64,000 nt of DNA from NCBI RefSeq assembly GCF_009914755.1, contig NC_060940.1. One strand, given 5' to 3'. Shown piece by piece: positions 13,836 through 28,384 of this stretch. The notes beneath the pieces are model-generated. The model did no database searches, was not told the origin of the DNA, and was given only the letters and a program-made list of their open reading frames with translations. Every line of letters starts with the position of its first letter. The stretch's first letter is position 1. The position numbers were made by a program, and so were the translations under genes. This DNA is from the human T2T-CHM13v2.0 reference genome, Homo sapiens.

Positions 13836-15286
13836 TTTTGCTCCTCCCCTCCTTTTTTGGTAAGGGGATTGGCACTGGTACCATTTTATATTTTTTCTAG
13901 GTAGATAATATGAGAGGCAGTATAGTATAATGGTTAATAGAATGTGCTACCCAGATCCAATTTTAATTCTGCCATTTGCTCATATAAAGCTTAGTAAAAC
14001 ATTTATTTTTATGTACTTTAGATTTCTTATCTAGAAAATGTTAATAATAGCACATCCCCCAAAGATATGGAAGTATTAATATGTATCGTGTGCTTAAAGT
14101 ACTATTTGATACATAATAAGCACTGAATAAATATTAGTTATTATTATAGGATGGAAAGAGTATCTTACCCTCAATTTTCTAAGAGTTCATTCACATATAG
14201 ATATCACTACAATTTTGACTCTAAAACCAGGGCCTTTTGTTTTCCTGTATACTAGCACTTTCTGACTAATCTTGCTCAGATTATTTAACTTCAATTTCCT
14301 TTCTGCTGGATTCAGGGGGGACAATAAATAATGTTCCTGTCTCTTCCACCACTAGATAAATAAGACACTGGAGTCCAAGAAATGGAAATCTAGATAATAA
14401 CCTTATTACTGATAATCATGAATTGGGGAATGTGGCTGAGATCTGTGGCCAAATAGGTCTTCCAACACTATCTCCACTGCATTAGACCAACTATCCCTTC
14501 ACACTTGCAGGTAGAGGAGGCAAACACAAGTCTCCCATCCGAGGCAGGCAACCTCCAGGGTGGCAGAAGAGAAGTGTGCATCCTGCAGACAGGCAGCACA
14601 AGAGAGAAGATGCTGAGACAGTACTGTGGCATGCCTGCTCAGATATAGTCTTAAACTGGTCAATCAGGTAAGTCACTCCTGCTGCTTTGAGGAGGGATGA
14701 GAGAAGAGGCAGAGGGGACATCTTCCACTTTATGGAAGTGGGAGTGCTAAAACATGTGAGCTTTGGTTATCACTGTAAGCCCAATAAATAACACTGAGTA
14801 TCTGATATGACATCCAGCACATGCTAGGCATGGCAGATACTCTCTACCAACAGAGGCAAGAGATGTGTATACACAGTTAAAATGTATCACAAGTTTATAA
14901 AAGGGACACATAAGCTGGAATTGGAGCCCAGAGAAATAAATGTTTAAATCTCCCTGAGGAAATAAGGAGGTAACACTTGAATTGAATCTTTAACAACAAT
15001 AAAAAAATGATTAAGTGTCACTGGGTGGCCACACAGCATACTAGAATAACAAACATATACAAAGGCTTGTAGACACGGAAAAGGAAATATTTGGAAAACA
15101 CACAAGAAGATCAACATCACTGGAGCGTAAGTGCATGGGGGAAAGTTAATAGAAGTTAAAATGGCATGCAGTAAACTTGGTATGTTACAAAGTAATAGTA
15201 TAATAGTATCAAATAGTATGATTCCATGCTAGGAAGTTTCTAATTATTCTCCATTCATTAATCCTGATGTCAAATTCTTAAAGAAG

Positions 15287-15901
15287 TGTGAAAGGAAGTT
15301 AAATGTTGGAACCCCAAACTCATTAAGCCAAATAGAAAAGTCAAGCTGGGAACTCGGTCACACAAACCTGTCTCCCCCTTTCGGTTCCTAAATAAGATGG
15401 CTACAAGATGAAAAACTACACACCTCCCCCATATTTTGCCCACAAGGAGATTCCTAGTGAGCTGTTAAAATTTCACCATGGCAATGGAAATTGATAGCTT
15501 ATCTTTACAGGTGCAGTCACCCCAGCCCACCAGACACAAATGCATATCTGATTGTTCCCCTGCCCCACTGTGTCTATATTTATCTTATGTAAAATGCAGT
15601 TTCACTGCATTTTTCCTCTGCCCCATTTGTTTATGTCATCTTATGTAAAAAAAAAAAAAAAAAAAAAAAAAAAGCCGGTTCACTGAGCCAGACAAAGTCA
15701 TGAATAACTATTGTTCCCTACCCTGCTCTTACATGAAAATCGTGTACTTCTCAATTTCCCGCCATTTCCCCTTTAAAGTTGGAGCCCTCAAAATCATCTT
15801 CAGGAAAAGGCATAGACCTGTCTCCCGGGTGCATCCTTAACTTTGGCAGATACATATCCTAAAATGCTTGAGACTTGTCTCGTCATTTTTCTTGATTGAC
15901 A
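15287..15901 (+). mobile_element. ERV1 solo LTR of the MER4 group
   Basis: TG...CA termini (tgtgaaagg...ttgattgaca); 4-bp TSD GAAG at 15283-15286 and 15902-15905; MER4-type 5' end ccccaaactcattaagccaaa...gtcaagctgggaact. Confidence 0.88.
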
Positions 15902-16802
15902 GAAGAAATATACACCGATCCTGCTATCCTTCCAATACAATGCTCTCTAGAATGATAGGCCTGAGAACATTCACAAGAATTTAAATATCTTCCCCACGAT
16001 TTCTACTCAGCTTCAAACTCTCAGTGGGTCTATGAATAAACATTAAAACTGAGCTCCTGCTATGTGACAGTAACTGTGCTGGCTACTGAGGTACAGGGTC
16101 AGCTAAAGAGGATGCATTTGTTCAGCTGCTCACTTCTAGCTTAGTAAAATAACCAGCACAGAAGTCTCGATCAGTCTGTGACAGCGCTTGGGACCCTCTG
16201 ACAAACAGCATCAGCTCACTCATGGAGTCAGTAAGCATTTCTAAAGTGCAGAATAATCAAATGGGCGCTCTCTCCACTTGTTACAGAGGGAATCCTGCTT
16301 TGAGTCTTTCCAGATAACAGAACCATTAGAAAGATTCGTAACTCATTTTCTTCAACACTTTGGATGAGAACAGAGATCAAGTCTGGCATGCTGAAGACAC
16401 AGAAAACTCGTGGTTGGGAAAGGAGGGGAGGATGGGGATGAGTGATCCAAAAGAGCCAGCCCCAGAGCCTTTACCAGGGCAGCCACTGGGGAAGAAGAGT
16501 CAAATGTGATGGTGGTGATGATGCTGAAGACATAAGGAAGAGAGTTAGAAGAAACCGTATTGTTTATCAAGTGATGCGACTGTACCAAGAGATGAATCCT
16601 CACCAATGAGCCATGGAGGAACTATTGTAATCTTCACCTTTCAAAGGTGAACTCTAAGGCTAAGGGAGGTTGAGTCATTTCCCCAAGCTTATAGGAAATC
16701 TCGGAACAAAATTTTAAAGCTAGGTCTTTGTGACTCCCAAATCCAGAGATTTGTGTGTGCAAATGTGTATGTGTGAACGTTCAAAATTGAAGACTGTCTA
16801 AC

Positions 16803-16985
16803 TCAGCGACCCTCAATCTTGACTGAGCATCAGGGTCATCTAGAGCTTTTGTTAGAATATGGGTTTCTGGGTCCTAGCCCCAAAATTTCTCATTCCTTAG
16901 GCCTGGGACGAGACATTTCTCACAAGTTTCAGGTCTTGCCGATACACTGCATCTGCTGGTCTGAGAGGACACTTTGATAATTAGT
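16803..16985. mobile_element. MER5-like hAT-Charlie relic
   Basis: ctcaatctttgactgagcatcag...catttctcacaagtt...tgctggtctgagaggacactttga. Confidence 0.6.
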
Positions 16986-17854
16986 TCCTTTTCGTTGTTG
17001 TTCTTCTAATCACTATGCAACCCTTTCACTATGCAATGCTTTCTAGGAGGCATGGAGGAAAAAAAAAAGTAAAGTGAGGGGAAAAGATTAGAAAGTAATA
17101 ATGGGACAATAAAAGCCCTGAAGACAAACTTCACCTCTTTCCTGCGTTGCCAGAGCGGGTCTAAACTGTTTCTACTAGACAGGATGAATAAGAGATTTTG
17201 TTGCTTTGGAAATCCCTCCTGGCTAGAGCCTGGCAATATTTATGATCCTCAGAGGTGTGGCCATGGGTTCAAGTTATAAGTAGGTTTAAAAACAATACCA
17301 AAAGCTAAGGTGTGGGGAAAACAAGCTTCAGAATCTATCAAACCACCCTACCTTCTCCATTAACCTCATCACCATCTTAAATCATTTCTCTCTTAAGCAA
17401 GTCTTTCTCACCTTCCCTGTCCTTGTTTGACTCAATCTTTTACTTTGGAATTTTCATTTCTCTTTGCTCTGCTTCCCATGAAAGACCATCAGAATGAGAA
17501 GCTGTCTTTTAAAAATATAGTGAGGTCCCAGAAAGCAATCTATAATTTAAAAAGGTTGTTTAAGCCCTGCACACTGCCTGACACAGACCAGGTACCCCAC
17601 AAATACATGGTTCTGAAGGAATGATAGTAATTTTAGGAACCTCCTTTGTATTTCTGAAGAAAATTATACTTATTACCAACTGTGCTTTTGCTGCATAGTA
17701 TGTAATAAATTTGTGATTAATAAATAACATAATGAATCCTTTAGAATGAAGTGAACAAGAGGCAAATTAGAATACAAACTTTTTCAACAAAGTGAATGGC
17801 TACTTAACTTCTGCCAAAACCATCAACTTAACAGGAAAATAGAACAGTCTGTTA

Positions 17855-18158
17855 ATTTTTTTTTTCTTAGAAATAGGGTCTCAGTCTGTTGCCTGACTGT
17901 ACTGACTGGAGTACAGTAGTGCTATCATCCTTCACTTCAGCCTCAAACTCCTGGGCTCAAGTGATCCCCCTGCCTCAGCCTCCCTAGTAGTTGGAACTAC
18001 AGGTACGTGCCACTAGCCCAGCTAACTTTTTTATTTTTTGTAAAGAGAGGGTCTAACTTTGTTGCCCAGGTTGTTCTCAAACTGCTGGCCTCAAGTGATC
18101 CTCCCACCTTGGCCTCCCCAAATCTTGACATTATAAGTATAAGCCACTACACCCAGCC
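17855..18158 (-). mobile_element. Alu (AluJ-like)
   Basis: Diverged antisense dimer. Confidence 0.9.
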
Positions 18159-18727
18159 AATTTGTTAGTTTTTACAGAAGGCTCACCAGCATTTCTGAAA
18201 GTAAGCTCCATGTGTCATGAAGGATACACCAAAAAAATGTGAATGACATCCGGAAAATTTTTTAATAGTTATGCATTGAAACTGTAATAGAAAAAAAATG
18301 TAATCCCATCTCAAACCTATGATTTGATGAATATTATTTCTTCGGACTGGAGTTATGTTTTGAATGTGAATTGGTTTCTAGAAAAGCAATAAATGAATAA
18401 TAATATAGAGATAACACAACTAAAGAAGGTAGTTATTAATGACTGAATATTAATGACTGAAGTTTAGGAAACACTAGTAATAGTGACTGGTACCAGTCAC
18501 CGGTGAAGAAGAGGAAATTTCACATCAATGTGTGTGACTTGTTTTGTTAAATTCCACCATTTAAAAGTTTGTGGCTTTGGGCAAGTTGAAAATATTTTCT
18601 GAGCTCCAGGTCAAAAGCGGTAATAATTCTTCCTTGAAGGGTTTTTGTGAAGATTGAGGTAAAGTAAAATAAATCTTTAAGTAGAATGCCTTATGTGGGG
18701 CACAGGCTCACTTAGCAACTGCTGAAG

Positions 18728-18840
18728 ATGATAGTAAATGGTGATAGTGATGGTGATGGTGGTGGTGGTGGCAGAGAAGGAGGAATAGGGAGAGAAAGAG
18801 GAGGAAGAAGAGGAACAGGAGTAGAGGGGGAAAGAGGAGC
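18728..18840. repeat. (GGT/GAT)n followed by GA-rich low-complexity sequence
   Basis: Read directly from the sequence. Confidence 0.8.
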
Positions 18841-18948
18841 TATAAACCTCCATAATTTCCATGCATTTTTCAGTTACTTAGAACTTCCATATTTCTCTTT
18901 GGATATTGGGAATAAACCAACTTAAAAATGATTCTACTTTTTAGTATG

Positions 18949-19230
18949 GGCCGGGCGGGGTGGCTCATGCCTGTAATCCCAGCACTTGGGAGGCTGAGGT
19001 GGGAGATCACGAGGTCAGGAGATCAAGACCACGGTGAAATCCCTTCTCTACTGAAAAAAACACAAAAAATTAGCCGAGCATGGTGGCTACTCAGGAGGCT
19101 GAGGCGGGAGAATGGCATGAACCTGGGAGGCGGAGCTTGCAGTGAGCCAAGATCGTGCCACTGCCCTCAAGCCTGGGCAACACAGTGAGACTCTGTCTCA
19201 AAACAACAACAACGACAACAACAACAACAA
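18949..19230 (+). mobile_element. AluY-like with internal deletions and (ACA)n tail
   Basis: gatcacgaggtcaggagatc and gaatggcatgaacc; about 12 nt and about 20 nt of consensus are missing. Confidence 0.9.
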
Positions 19231-19852
19231 ATTTACTTTCTGGTAAAGTTGAGATTGTAATACTGTCAGTAAAATGTCATTCTTGACCAAGTGTAACAAC
19301 GTGTCTCTCATTTCTATAACCTGGACTTTTGTACTTTCCCAATTATCTTTTTTATAATTCTTTGAAGAAAAGATGACACAAAAATCTTATTAATATTACT
19401 AAAGATGTACCTTGAATTTATAGACAATATTAAAAAAGCTAGCTGCTAATAGTTATCCCATATTATAAAAGGCATATAATGTATTTGGGTATGGTGATGA
19501 TTTGAAACGAATTAAATTAACAGGGAATAGGATCATATAGAGAACAAAAGCAGTGATTAGCAGCAGGTACAAACTATTGTTCCCAGGTTTACTAGTAGGG
19601 ATAAAGTCTTCATTTAAAGAGAAAGAATTTTCTACCAAGCAGTATTTAAACCAGGCATGGTCTATGTGGATAGGCCTGGATAATTCATTGACAGTAAAAT
19701 TGCCACTTAATTATCATGCCAAACAACTGACACGGTAGAGATAACCCAGAACCTAACCCTTGGCCTTGGCAAACCAAAAGTTTACACTTCTGTTAGGGAC
19801 ACAGACACATTGCAGAGTCTTAATGTAAGTTTGAAATCACAAGCAAACATAC

Positions 19853-20006
19853 CTTCACAAAACCAAGGCTGCATAACTTGGCTTTTGCTCCAAATTGCCA
19901 TTTACACTGTGTGTCAGCATCATAAATCTGTCCTGGTAGTTTGTCCGGATATTTATACTGTCCTGCTTGCTTGGGCTCATCCACTAGACACCCCGCCTGA
20001 GGTGTG
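19853..20006 (-). CDS. ADAMTS18: ADAMTS18 exon (exon 10): end of catalytic domain, start of disintegrin-like domain
   Basis: 154 bp; ttacag|C ACA CCT CAG...GTG AAG|gtatgt; encodes TPQAGCLVDEPKQAGQYKYPDKLPGQIYDADTQCKWQFGAKAKLCSLGFVK. Confidence 0.98.
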
Positions 20007-21317
20007 CTGTAATGACAATACATGCTTATTAATTACTCTGTTGATCTGTGATCTTTCCATTTACGACAACACACTTCTGAATGCATTCATGCAAAGAAAA
20101 ATATAGCATGGTTCTAGAAACAGGTATATGTTTAAAGTTCAAATCTATGTTTATGCCAAAGAGTGAGTCCTGTCTAAGAGGATGGAATGTACACAGCCAG
20201 GAAGGGTTTTACAGGATGCTGAAAATTCTAGTCATCCAAGTGATTTGGCTTGGGATTTGACAGGAGACAGGAAAGGTTAATACATTTGAAAACTCCCATC
20301 AACAATCTTATTCAACAATATTTGACAATTTGTACTGAGTCCCTACTCTGTGGCAAACCTTAGACAAAGCACTAAAGGTACAAAATAAACCAGACAGACA
20401 CAGTACCTGTCTTCATGGAGTTTTAAATCAAGTATTTTCTTTTTTTAAACAGATAATGGAGCAGAGGTCAAAGATGTACTTTAACTCACAATAAGCCTTA
20501 CAGACAAAAATAAATAACATTCCTAAAGAATCAAGAGGAATAATGAACTGGGGGATGAGGCAGAAAAATTTCCTTCAGATATGTTTGACTGTGACTTGTT
20601 GAGAGCAAAAATCAGTCCTGATGGCATGGATATTCTTAGCACCTTATCTCCACTTACTTAAATAATTAAAATGTGGTACCACCGAGAAGTTAATTATCAT
20701 GGTGGTTAAGTGTAATTTTGTAGTGAGACAGATGGGGGTCCTAATCAACCATGCAACCAAGACCAAGTTATGTAGCTCTTACACAGCTCATGAGTGACAA
20801 TGACTCTCATAAAGGTTGTTACACAGTTCAAATGAGAAAATATAACATGCTTCATAAAGCATAATAAGCAAAGTTAGCTGCTGCTGTTATCATTATTATA
20901 ACATTTAACTACAAAAGCATTTAACTACATACTAACGGAAATTCAGCCTATGTTAAGTTGATCTTGATTTTAATACTTATTAATTGCATTCTTACATGAG
21001 TTGGAAAAAATAATTTTAGTCACCAAACCATGAATTTAAAACTAATAGGAAAATCTTCATGGCAAAGCTTACTAACAAAAAGTCTGTTGATTTTTTACCA
21101 CCCTTTGGGCATATGTGGTTAGATATCTTCACGTTTAATATGCTTTGTGTATAGATCTTACTAATTCTTTAAACATTTGCAAATAATACACAGTGGTACA
21201 GGTTAAAAATAAAGTATCAAAAGTGTCAATTCCCAAAGAAATTTCACTAACATCTGTTCAAAGAGATATGGGATTAGCATCTAAGTGTCCTTGTGGGTCA
21301 ATATAGATTATAAAGGT

Positions 21318-21323
<6 letters not shown>

Positions 21324-21353
<30 letters not shown>
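21324..21353. repeat. (TG)n microsatellite, about 15 units
   Basis: Read directly from the sequence. Confidence 0.95.
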
Positions 21354-21355
<2 letters not shown>

Positions 21356-22059
21356 TTCAACTTTGGGTTAATTGTTTAATATGAATTAAATAGTACAACT
21401 TTCCAAACTCCTACTTTTACTAATGCAACTTAAGGTTTCTGTGTTATTAAAAGCATTTTATATAGCTACCATCTTCTTTGGCTATCATTTGGACATAAAG
21501 CTAGCTCCTGGCCATTTCAAACATAATAGTCAAAGAAGAAAATGCTCTATTCATTAAAACACAAACACACACTCATACCATTTGAGCATTTTTAAAATAC
21601 TCTATGACACATTGATCGATAACATTGAAATAATTAGTCACAGTAAAAAGACAATATACCTAGCAGCCTCTGGAAGTCACAGGGGAGAGATGGTTGAGTA
21701 GAGATCCTAGAGTCAGAACAGATCTAAGTGTGAGTCTTCTGTCTGCAACTTACCAGCGATAGTACCTTATGCAACACAATTAACCTAAGACTTGATTTCT
21801 CAACTCTAGATTGAGGATAATAGTATCGCTGTGAGGATTGAAGGAGGAAATATGTGGAGAACATTTAGCACAACATTAGGCTTCAATCTATTTTTTTCAA
21901 CAATGTCATCATCACCATCATCATTATCATCATCATTTGTCTTTCTGTTTATTGACAGGTCAAAAGGTATTTCCACTGAGTATTCGTTTGCAGGTCTATG
22001 GAGCACAATTCTGTCATCACTCCAAACCTAGGAGCACCCCAGGATTTAACCTGTCATAC

Positions 22060-22197
22060 CTGAGGAATTTCTTGAGATACTGGCGGCTGCAGGAAGACCA
22101 TGAAAACACTCCATTGTTTCCGGTCAGTGTGGGAGACATGATATTGCCTTCAGCCTTTCTGCAGGGATTCCCTTCTCCGTCGTGAATCATACCAAAG
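22060..22197 (-). CDS. ADAMTS18: ADAMTS18 exon (exon 9): third zinc histidine and Met-turn
   Basis: 138 bp, phase 2-2; tttcag|C TTT GGT ATG ATT CAC GAC...CTC AG|gtatga; encodes (N)FGMIHDGEGNPCRKAEGNIMSPTLTGNNGVFSWSSCSRQYLKKFL. Confidence 0.98.
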
Positions 22198-24413
22198 CTG
22201 AAACAGAATGAAGAAAACAAAATCCTGCTTTGTGAACCCATTTTTTTGAAGGATAATCTGAGGAAGAATAAAGATGTATTGATCATCAACAAAACCAAGT
22301 GAGAGACAGAGTTATTAAAACTGGAAAAGAGAAAGGCAAATTACTATAGATTGTTATAAAATTCACACAGAAAACTTTAAAAATGCTGAGGGCTTTGTTA
22401 TATTATTTCCTGACCACAGAATCAAAGAATGGTCTAGCTGCTACATGTTTTATGGGCTGGAAAATTTTGCTCAAGTTAAAATTTAGGTATAAGCTAAGCC
22501 AAAGTGATGGAACAGCCAAATTATTTAGTTTCAAACAGTAGAATTCTTATCTTGTCACCAACCACGGAACTATGGTAAAGAAGTTCAGAGTCAGTAGGAA
22601 GTAAGTACAGAGAGATGATGATTATAAGTTGTTTATGAACTGTTCATATATAAGGCTAGCATGGTATAAAAACTTCTCTCCAACTATGATCAATTTATTA
22701 GCTGAAATCACAAACTCTAATTGTAATTAAACTCTCTTATAATAAACATTTTTTTAACATGCTTGAACCCCTTTATTGAAGGCTATTAAATCTTGACCAT
22801 TACTGTTATCTTTCAGATGTATTATATGAGAAAACTTTAATTTGTTTCATCACAGAAGGGTCTAGTAATTATAGAAGAAAAACTTTAGGTGGTCTACTGT
22901 CTAGAAATCATGCACATTATACCTGAAGAATTCTCAAATTTCCTGACAGGAAGAATAAATGTGACATTAATGTGCATACCCACATAGGATACATACCATA
23001 AAGACAAAGCTTACTTCAGGCGATGTTAAAGTGGTAGAAGATGGGGAAATAAGAGTCTTTGATCTTCTCTAAAAAATTCAGCACAGAGAAAAGTCTTTTC
23101 TGAAATTTTTTTTTTTTTTTTTTTTTTTAGGGATGCAGAGGACGGAAGGATATAAATATGAATTTCATCATTAATTTAAATTGTTCTTAATCTCATTATT
23201 TAAAAGAATAAAACTTGTGTCTTAGACCATATATTTATAAGGCAGATATGACTCCTATGTAAATAAATGTTATCCTGATATAATTTCATTTATAGAGTTC
23301 GCCTTTGAAAGTAGTCTATACCAAATAAATATGTTACGATAAAAGATATGACTTTTTTTGTGACCCATGTCTATAATATGGCCATTTTTCCAGCATTCCT
23401 TCCACTTTGTCAGGAAAATAGTAGCAGGGCAACTGTATGCTATCCTATCAGTGACTTCCTTAGGTATTCAGAGGTGACCACTCAAAAATAGGTATTGACT
23501 AACGTCAATGTATACTCAGTGAAAGCATTTTCTTATCCTCAGCTTTTCCCAATTTAATTCTTCTTCTCACCTAACCAAGACGTTAAGGGGATTTCTTTGG
23601 GAGACACCCTTTCTAAATATATTTGTGAAAGTAAAAAACAGAAAGAAACCTATAAATAAAGCACGAGAAGAAACAGCAAGAATCCCAGAAACAGAGATGG
23701 GGTAGGAGAGATTGAAGCCATTACGCTAGAGGAAAAGAACTTACTTAGAACTTCAGTGGAATTTTATGTGCGTAAGAAAATCAAGTCGGAATTTAATTTT
23801 GAACTTAACAATCTTAAATTTAATTTAATAGCATTTTAGAAGATGATAACATATTTTCTTTAGCACATGCCAAATGCCATATAAATATCTCAGGAATTGT
23901 CTGTTTCAGAACTTCTTAAGTCCATGTTATTTAGAACTTAGGTATGTATTTTATTTTACCATCTGTCCTTCCCCCAACCTCTGACTTCTCTCCTGAATCC
24001 TACCTGAAGAATATGTTCTGCTTTTCCTTATCTAAAATGTTGGATTTTGATTTTGGATAATTTTAACACATATGCAAAGATAATGAAATTTTTCAATGAC
24101 CAGTATTTTGAAAAGTGACACCTGTTCGGTTGGACTTCATGCTGGTAAAACAAACTTAGACATACATTTGATATGCACACATATTTTGTTTCCTGCTTTG
24201 TATGAGAAGCATTGTTCTTAGTGAGCATTTTCGCTTCTCCATTTACAATTTTAAAAATTGGCTTATTCATATCTAGGAAAGTGTGCATGTGTGTCTAAAT
24301 GTGTGTGTGTGTGTATAATAATGTTGGAAATTTGTTGGATAACAATAACAACAATGATCAAGGTTTAAATTTCCTAAAGATAATAAATGTAGCTCATAGA
24401 AGATACTGGCACT

Positions 24414-24725
<312 letters not shown>

Positions 24726-25437
24726 CTATGGTTACTGAATGATGTTTGCTTTTAAGTCAAAAATTAACTAGATGCTTTGAAAATATATGAGTTATTTCCT
24801 GTATGTTGAATAAAATATACACACAAGTACACACACACAAACATCCTAAACTGGTATATCTGAAGAGTACTACACATTGAAATAATTATTTTGTAAAGTA
24901 TTATACTTGTTCCAATGCAGCTGCTATTGCTCTAATGTTTGAAAATTCTCTATAGCGTTGTCTCCATCATAAAAGGAAGATTTAGTGACACCAATCAAAA
25001 GAATATTAAGTACATGCAATGTTGCCAACTAAAAGAATATTCAGTACATGCAGCAAAAGTTTTTTTAAAAAGCAGCATGCCATTATACTTTGGGAATTAA
25101 TTTTTCTCCATGATTACTTCCTGTGCATAAAGAATCAGCTAGAAGTGTCTTCATTGCTGCAAAACATGAACAAAAATAAACAAATGCCTAGCAGCCCAGA
25201 GACCCCATCTGTGCACACGAAGGAGTACTGTGTGGCTATTAAGTGCTGCTGTTTAAAGAGAATGAAATCAACAACAGCTAGCCTTTAGTGAGCCCTTTGT
25301 ATAGTCAGAAACTATTCTAAGCTTTACACAAGACTGATCCTCTTTGTTCTGCCTAAGTCAACAACAACGGTTAGAGGAACACCAATGAATCACCCAACTA
25401 GTTTTCACATAAAGTAGTGGTTCAAAGAGGCACTTAC

Positions 25438-25543
25438 TTGTGCCCTGACTCATGAGCGATGGTGAAGGCAAGGCCAAGTCCTGTGTCCTCATTGATGGTA
25501 CAACTTCGGTACTTAGAGCACATTCCACTGATGGGGGCAAACC
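25438..25543 (-). CDS. ADAMTS18: ADAMTS18 exon (exon 8): first half of the zinc-binding motif (HESGH)
   Basis: 106 bp; caatag|GG TTT GCC...GGG CAC AA|gtaagt; encodes [35 protein letters not shown]. Confidence 0.98.
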
Positions 25544-26839
25544 CTATTGAAAGAGCAGTTTCAAATGTGAATCCAAAGGTTGCACACACAGATACATGAT
25601 GATGATTTATGTCCTCAAAATGTTCTACACAGTTTTAGTTTAATAGATCAATGCATTCAGTGTTTTTGGAAAAAAAAAAAAAAAAAGATCTATAGTTCTT
25701 TGTCCTGTGTAATGATAATGTATAAATGCAACATTTCCTATTTTCTTGCTTTTGTTACATATTGTTATCAATTGATCCTTGTAAGAGCCCTGTAAGGTCA
25801 GTATGAGTACTGTAATTCCCATTTTACATTTAGTTTAGTAAGTCACAGAATATTTATATGCCTTGTCTGAGTTTATCATTCAGGTCAGAGCAACGGATAG
25901 AATGATAGCAAAACCAATGCAAAATGCTCACTGAACAGTGGCATTAACGTCACAGCTCAGGGTGTATTTTCCAAGGAAAAACACATATCCTGGTCTTTTA
26001 CTAGAGCAGAAAACATGAAAATGTCTAAGCAACATGTGCAGATTAAATTCATTTTTCTCTGGTTCTTTATAATGTGGTAAGTGCTTCTGTTCCCAAAGTT
26101 ACTTCCCTCTAAGAGCCATTATAAAAGCATCCCGGCCAGCCCTTAAGTCTATCTTCAAATACAATACAGTGTGTGCGAACATCTTTCTTTCCAGTTTTGG
26201 GTCCTAATAATCAGTAGAACAAATCTATGTACCCATCTAATATTAAATGCATGCTTGTGAATGGATTGTACCCACTTCATTGTCAAGACGGAAGTGAGAT
26301 CAGCTGGGAAATCTAATACAAAGGCACAAATAAGGGGTGGGATCATTATCATTACTACCATCGTCATCGTCACTAAATAAATGGTTGCAAATTCACACAC
26401 TGTGCTATATGTCTATTATATATCTGTGTGTGTATGTATTTATAGCTTAGGAAACCAAAGCTCAGAGAGGTGAATTAACTTGTTCAAGATCTCAGAGTCA
26501 TAAATTCTACACTCAGGAATCAACCACAGACATATGGGAAGTCAAAGCCCATGCCCTTTGCATTAGGACACACTGCTTAAAGTAAGTGACCTTTTCCACA
26601 GTTGATAGAATTTCTGGTGTTTTGTTTTTTCCAAGCCTTTTAGTACATTTTGGTCTCTGGATAACAGATAACACTGTCTGCTTCTCAGAATCTCTCTTGA
26701 AAACAATGCACTGGATTATCATATGTCACTTTGCACATTCCAAATTCAGAATATGAATGGATATATACCATCTTTCATTACAAAAACCCTTTCTATGGAA
26801 CAATTCCCAAAATCATTGTGTTTTTGAAGACTGTGATTA

Positions 26840-27221
<382 letters not shown>

Positions 27222-27226
27222 ATTCA

Positions 27227-27390
27227 TAAAGTTTTATTAAAACACATCTGCATTCATTTATTTACATATTACTTGTGGCTGCTTTTGAACAATACAGCTG
27301 AAATGACTAGCTGCCACAGAGACCTGTGGCCTGCATAGCTTAACATATTGACTGTCTGGCCCTTCACAGAGAAAGTTTGCTGACTCCTGA
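27227..27390. mobile_element. MER58-like hAT-Charlie element
   Basis: taaagttttatt...tgtggctgctttt...acagagacctgtggcctgca...ctggcccttcacagagaaagtttgctgactcctg. Confidence 0.8.
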
Positions 27391-27687
27391 TTTAGACAGC
27401 CATCCATCAACTTTTAAAAAATGTTGAATTCCTATTATGTGCAATGGAATATACTAGAATATAGTATAGATATAAAAGATGCAATTCTTGCTATCACTGT
27501 CTTGTACAAATATGGAAGAAATGAGTACTTCAAAGTCAAGTAACTTCTAAAAAAGGCACTGTTACCTAGTGGCACAGTTAGGTACCATGGAGCCCAGTAA
27601 AATCCTCTTCAGCTACCTGATTCTGTGGTCATGATGCTTACAGAATAACCTACAAGTTTCTAGTTAAATAATGTATCTCACACCTCA

Positions 27688-28018
<331 letters not shown>

Positions 28019-28224
28019 ACAAAATGAATAAACTAAGTGGGCTCCCCACATTCTAAGTTCAGTTAAAAAGAACAATAGTCACCACAGGGTACATTAGGTT
28101 ACTCCATAATTTAAATATTATGTCTGTTTATTAAGGAACATAAGGGCTATCCATCATCCATAGAAAGTTTCCATACTGTGTTTTCAGCTAACAGGTGTGT
28201 GTGAAGGATCTGTTCATACCATAC

Positions 28225-28384
28225 CTAGAGTGTCACATGGTTCATTCTTCCAAGAACAAATATCAAATCCTGTTAGTAAGATGGCATGATCATGTCTCTT
28301 GCCATTCTTTCCAATGAGGGCAGACTGCCATTGACAAAAACTATTCAGAGACTGGTCTGCATGATGGTTGATCAATAATCCTCC
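28225..28384 (-). CDS. ADAMTS18: ADAMTS18 exon (exon 7): metalloprotease domain
   Basis: 160 bp; ccatag|GGAGGA...ACTCTAG|gtatgg; encodes GGLLINHHADQSLNSFCQWQSALIGKNGKRHDHAILLTGFDICSWKNEPCDTL. Confidence 0.97.

Noticed and set aside
18170-18480. Possible hAT-Charlie relic ending aagtttaggaaacactag, and several faint MIR-like patches (about 3500, 8300, 12750, 14000, 21750, 32000, 60500, 62150)
   Set aside because: Too diverged to name or delimit by eye; needs a Dfam or RepeatMasker run
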